Positions 62,270-64,000 of a DNA stretch of 64,000 nt are shown piece by piece. The notes beneath the pieces were generated by a model. That model saw only the letters and a program-made list of their open reading frames with translations, did no database searches and was not told the origin of the DNA. Within the stretch, counting starts at the first letter, position 1; the number at the start of each line of letters is the position of its first letter. The translations under genes were made by a program, and so were the position numbers. Source of the stretch: Macrostomum hystrix (Eukaryota; Animalia; Platyhelminthes); assembly GCA_950097015.1 (NCBI GenBank), contig CATNEN010000002.1, positions 4,836,001-4,900,000 of the forward strand, written 5' to 3'.

Positions 62270-63145
62270 TAATGTACACTCGATTGAAGTTAACCCAAAA
62301 GCCGGCCACCCGAATGTACACTCGATCAAAGCCAACCCCAGGGCCCACAACCCCAATGTAGACTTGATCAAAGCCAGCCCATAACCGGCCACCCCAATGT
62401 AGACTCGATCAAAGCCAACCCCAGAACCCGCCACCCCAATGTAGATTCAATCAAAGCCAACCCCAGAACCCGCCACCCCAATGTAGATTAGATCAAAGCC
62501 AACCCCAGAACCCGCCACCCCAATGTAGATTCAATCAAAGCCAACCCCAGAACCCGCCACCCCAATGTAGATTCGATCAAAGCCAACCCCAGAACCCGCC
62601 ACCCCAATGTAGATTCGATCAAAGCCAACCCCAGAACCCGCCACCCCAAGTAGATTCGATCAAAGCCAACCCCAGAACCCGCCACCCCAATGTAGACTCG
62701 ATCAAAGCCAACCCAAGAACCCGCCACCCCAATGTAGACTCGATCAAAGCCAACCCAAGAACCCGCCACCCTAATGTAGATTCGATCAAAGCCAACCGCA
62801 GAACCCGCCACCCCAATTTAGAATTCGATCAAAGCCAACCGAAGAACCCGCCACCCCAATTTACAGAACCCGCCACCCCAATTTACACTCGATCAAAGCC
62901 AACCCAAGAACCCGCCACCCCAATTTACACTCGATCAAAGCCAACCCAAGAACCCGCCACCCCAATTTACAGAACCCGCCACCCCAATTTACAGAACCCG
63001 CCACCCCAATTTACACTCGATCAAAGCCAACCCAAGAACCCGCCACCCCAATTTACACTCGATCAAAGCCAACCCAAGAACCCGCCACCCCAATTTACAC
63101 TCGATCAAAGCCAACCCAAGAACCCGCCACCCCAATTTACACTCG
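62270..63145. repeat. 42-nt minisatellite (GATCAAAGCCAACCCCAGAACCCGCCACCCCAATGTAGATTC)n
   Basis: About 20 copies with internal deletion variants. Confidence 0.95.
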
Positions 63146-63657
63146 GTCTTAACTAACTAACTAAGCTGCCCAGTATTTATATGTATCGGTATCGGTATGT
63201 ATTGGTACTTGTTATCTCAAAGCTCTGAGAGTGAAATGGCCACTTTGTAAAAGTGGGTTTTTTCTATTATTTGAAATGCTCCTACCTTATTAAGCATTTA
63301 TTTTTGTAACAGAACTAATAAATAATAGTCTTCATTTAACTATATTTTTTTTATCTTAACAGGCAATTGCATTTGTCTAAAGTCTACCCAACAGATATGA
63401 GACGGTGCTTTTAAGTTTGCAGTGCGCAATCTGTTCAGTACGTTTACTATTAGTTTTCTTTGCAGTGTAGGCCCAGTTGTTTTATGTGACAGAAAGTTTC
63501 CTAATAAATTAAAATGTTACCAATGGTGAAAAATAATTTTAATATTTTTAGTCTTCATAATGTTTATTTCTGCTTTGCTCTGAAGACAAACAAAATGCAC
63601 AATTTACTAGCGGAAACAGATAAAGCCATGTTCCGACCGCTCTCCTTCTCCAAATAG

Positions 63658-64000
63658 CAATGTACACAGTCCCGCAAACCCCTAACCGCGATGTACACAC
63701 TCTCCACCAACCCCTAACTCTAAATGTACACTCCCCACCAACCCCTAACTACAATGTACACACTCCCCACCAACCCCTAACCCTAATGTACACATGCTTG
63801 ATACCAAATCCTTACCCTAATGTACACAAACCCTACCAAGCCCTAACCCGAATGTACATACAACCTTCGTACCCCTAACCCGAATGTACACCCTCAACAA
63901 AAACCTAGCTACAATGTACACACTCCCCACCAACTCCTTACCCGTATGTACACCCTTTCAACAAATAACTAACTACAATTTACAACCACTAACTCAATGT
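63658..64000. repeat. Degenerate ~33-nt repeat (AATGTACACACTCCCCACCAACCCCTAACCCT)
   Basis: Direct inspection; truncated by the window edge. Confidence 0.8.

Noticed and set aside
63658-64000. CCCTAA motifs as telomere-associated sequence
   Set aside because: Isolated hexamers within a degenerate 33-nt repeat, not a telomeric tract

Overview
Eukaryotic (animal) genomic DNA with GC-rich exons, AT-rich introns and about 30 minisatellite arrays. The style resembles the flatworm Macrostomum lignano, but this is inference only. The key locus is a pair of cGAS-like receptor (cGLR / Mab-21-family nucleotidyltransferase) paralogs. The second paralog can be spliced in frame (GT-AG, matching phases) to a single 4.7-kb exon encoding 41 near-identical 34-aa ankyrin repeats that vary almost only at DARPin-type binding positions. 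The predicted product is a ~2163-aa ANK41-cGLR sensor. The first paralog carries an antisense tRNA-derived SINE inserted at an AG|GT site; its 6-bp target-site duplication forms a perfect GT-AG intron that the paralog lacks, so it is a candidate intron gain caught in the act. Also present: WDR26 (minus strand), TRIP13/PCH2 (plus strand), an atypical class A-like GPCR, a secreted LamG-like protein, an unknown terminal exon, a deleted RTE-type LINE, a P-element transposase relic, a CORE-SINE, further SINE copies, and an interleaved inverted-repeat structure just downstream of the ANK-cGLR stop codon. Gene models were built by eye from splice consensus, reading-frame phase and paralog alignment; no database searches were run.
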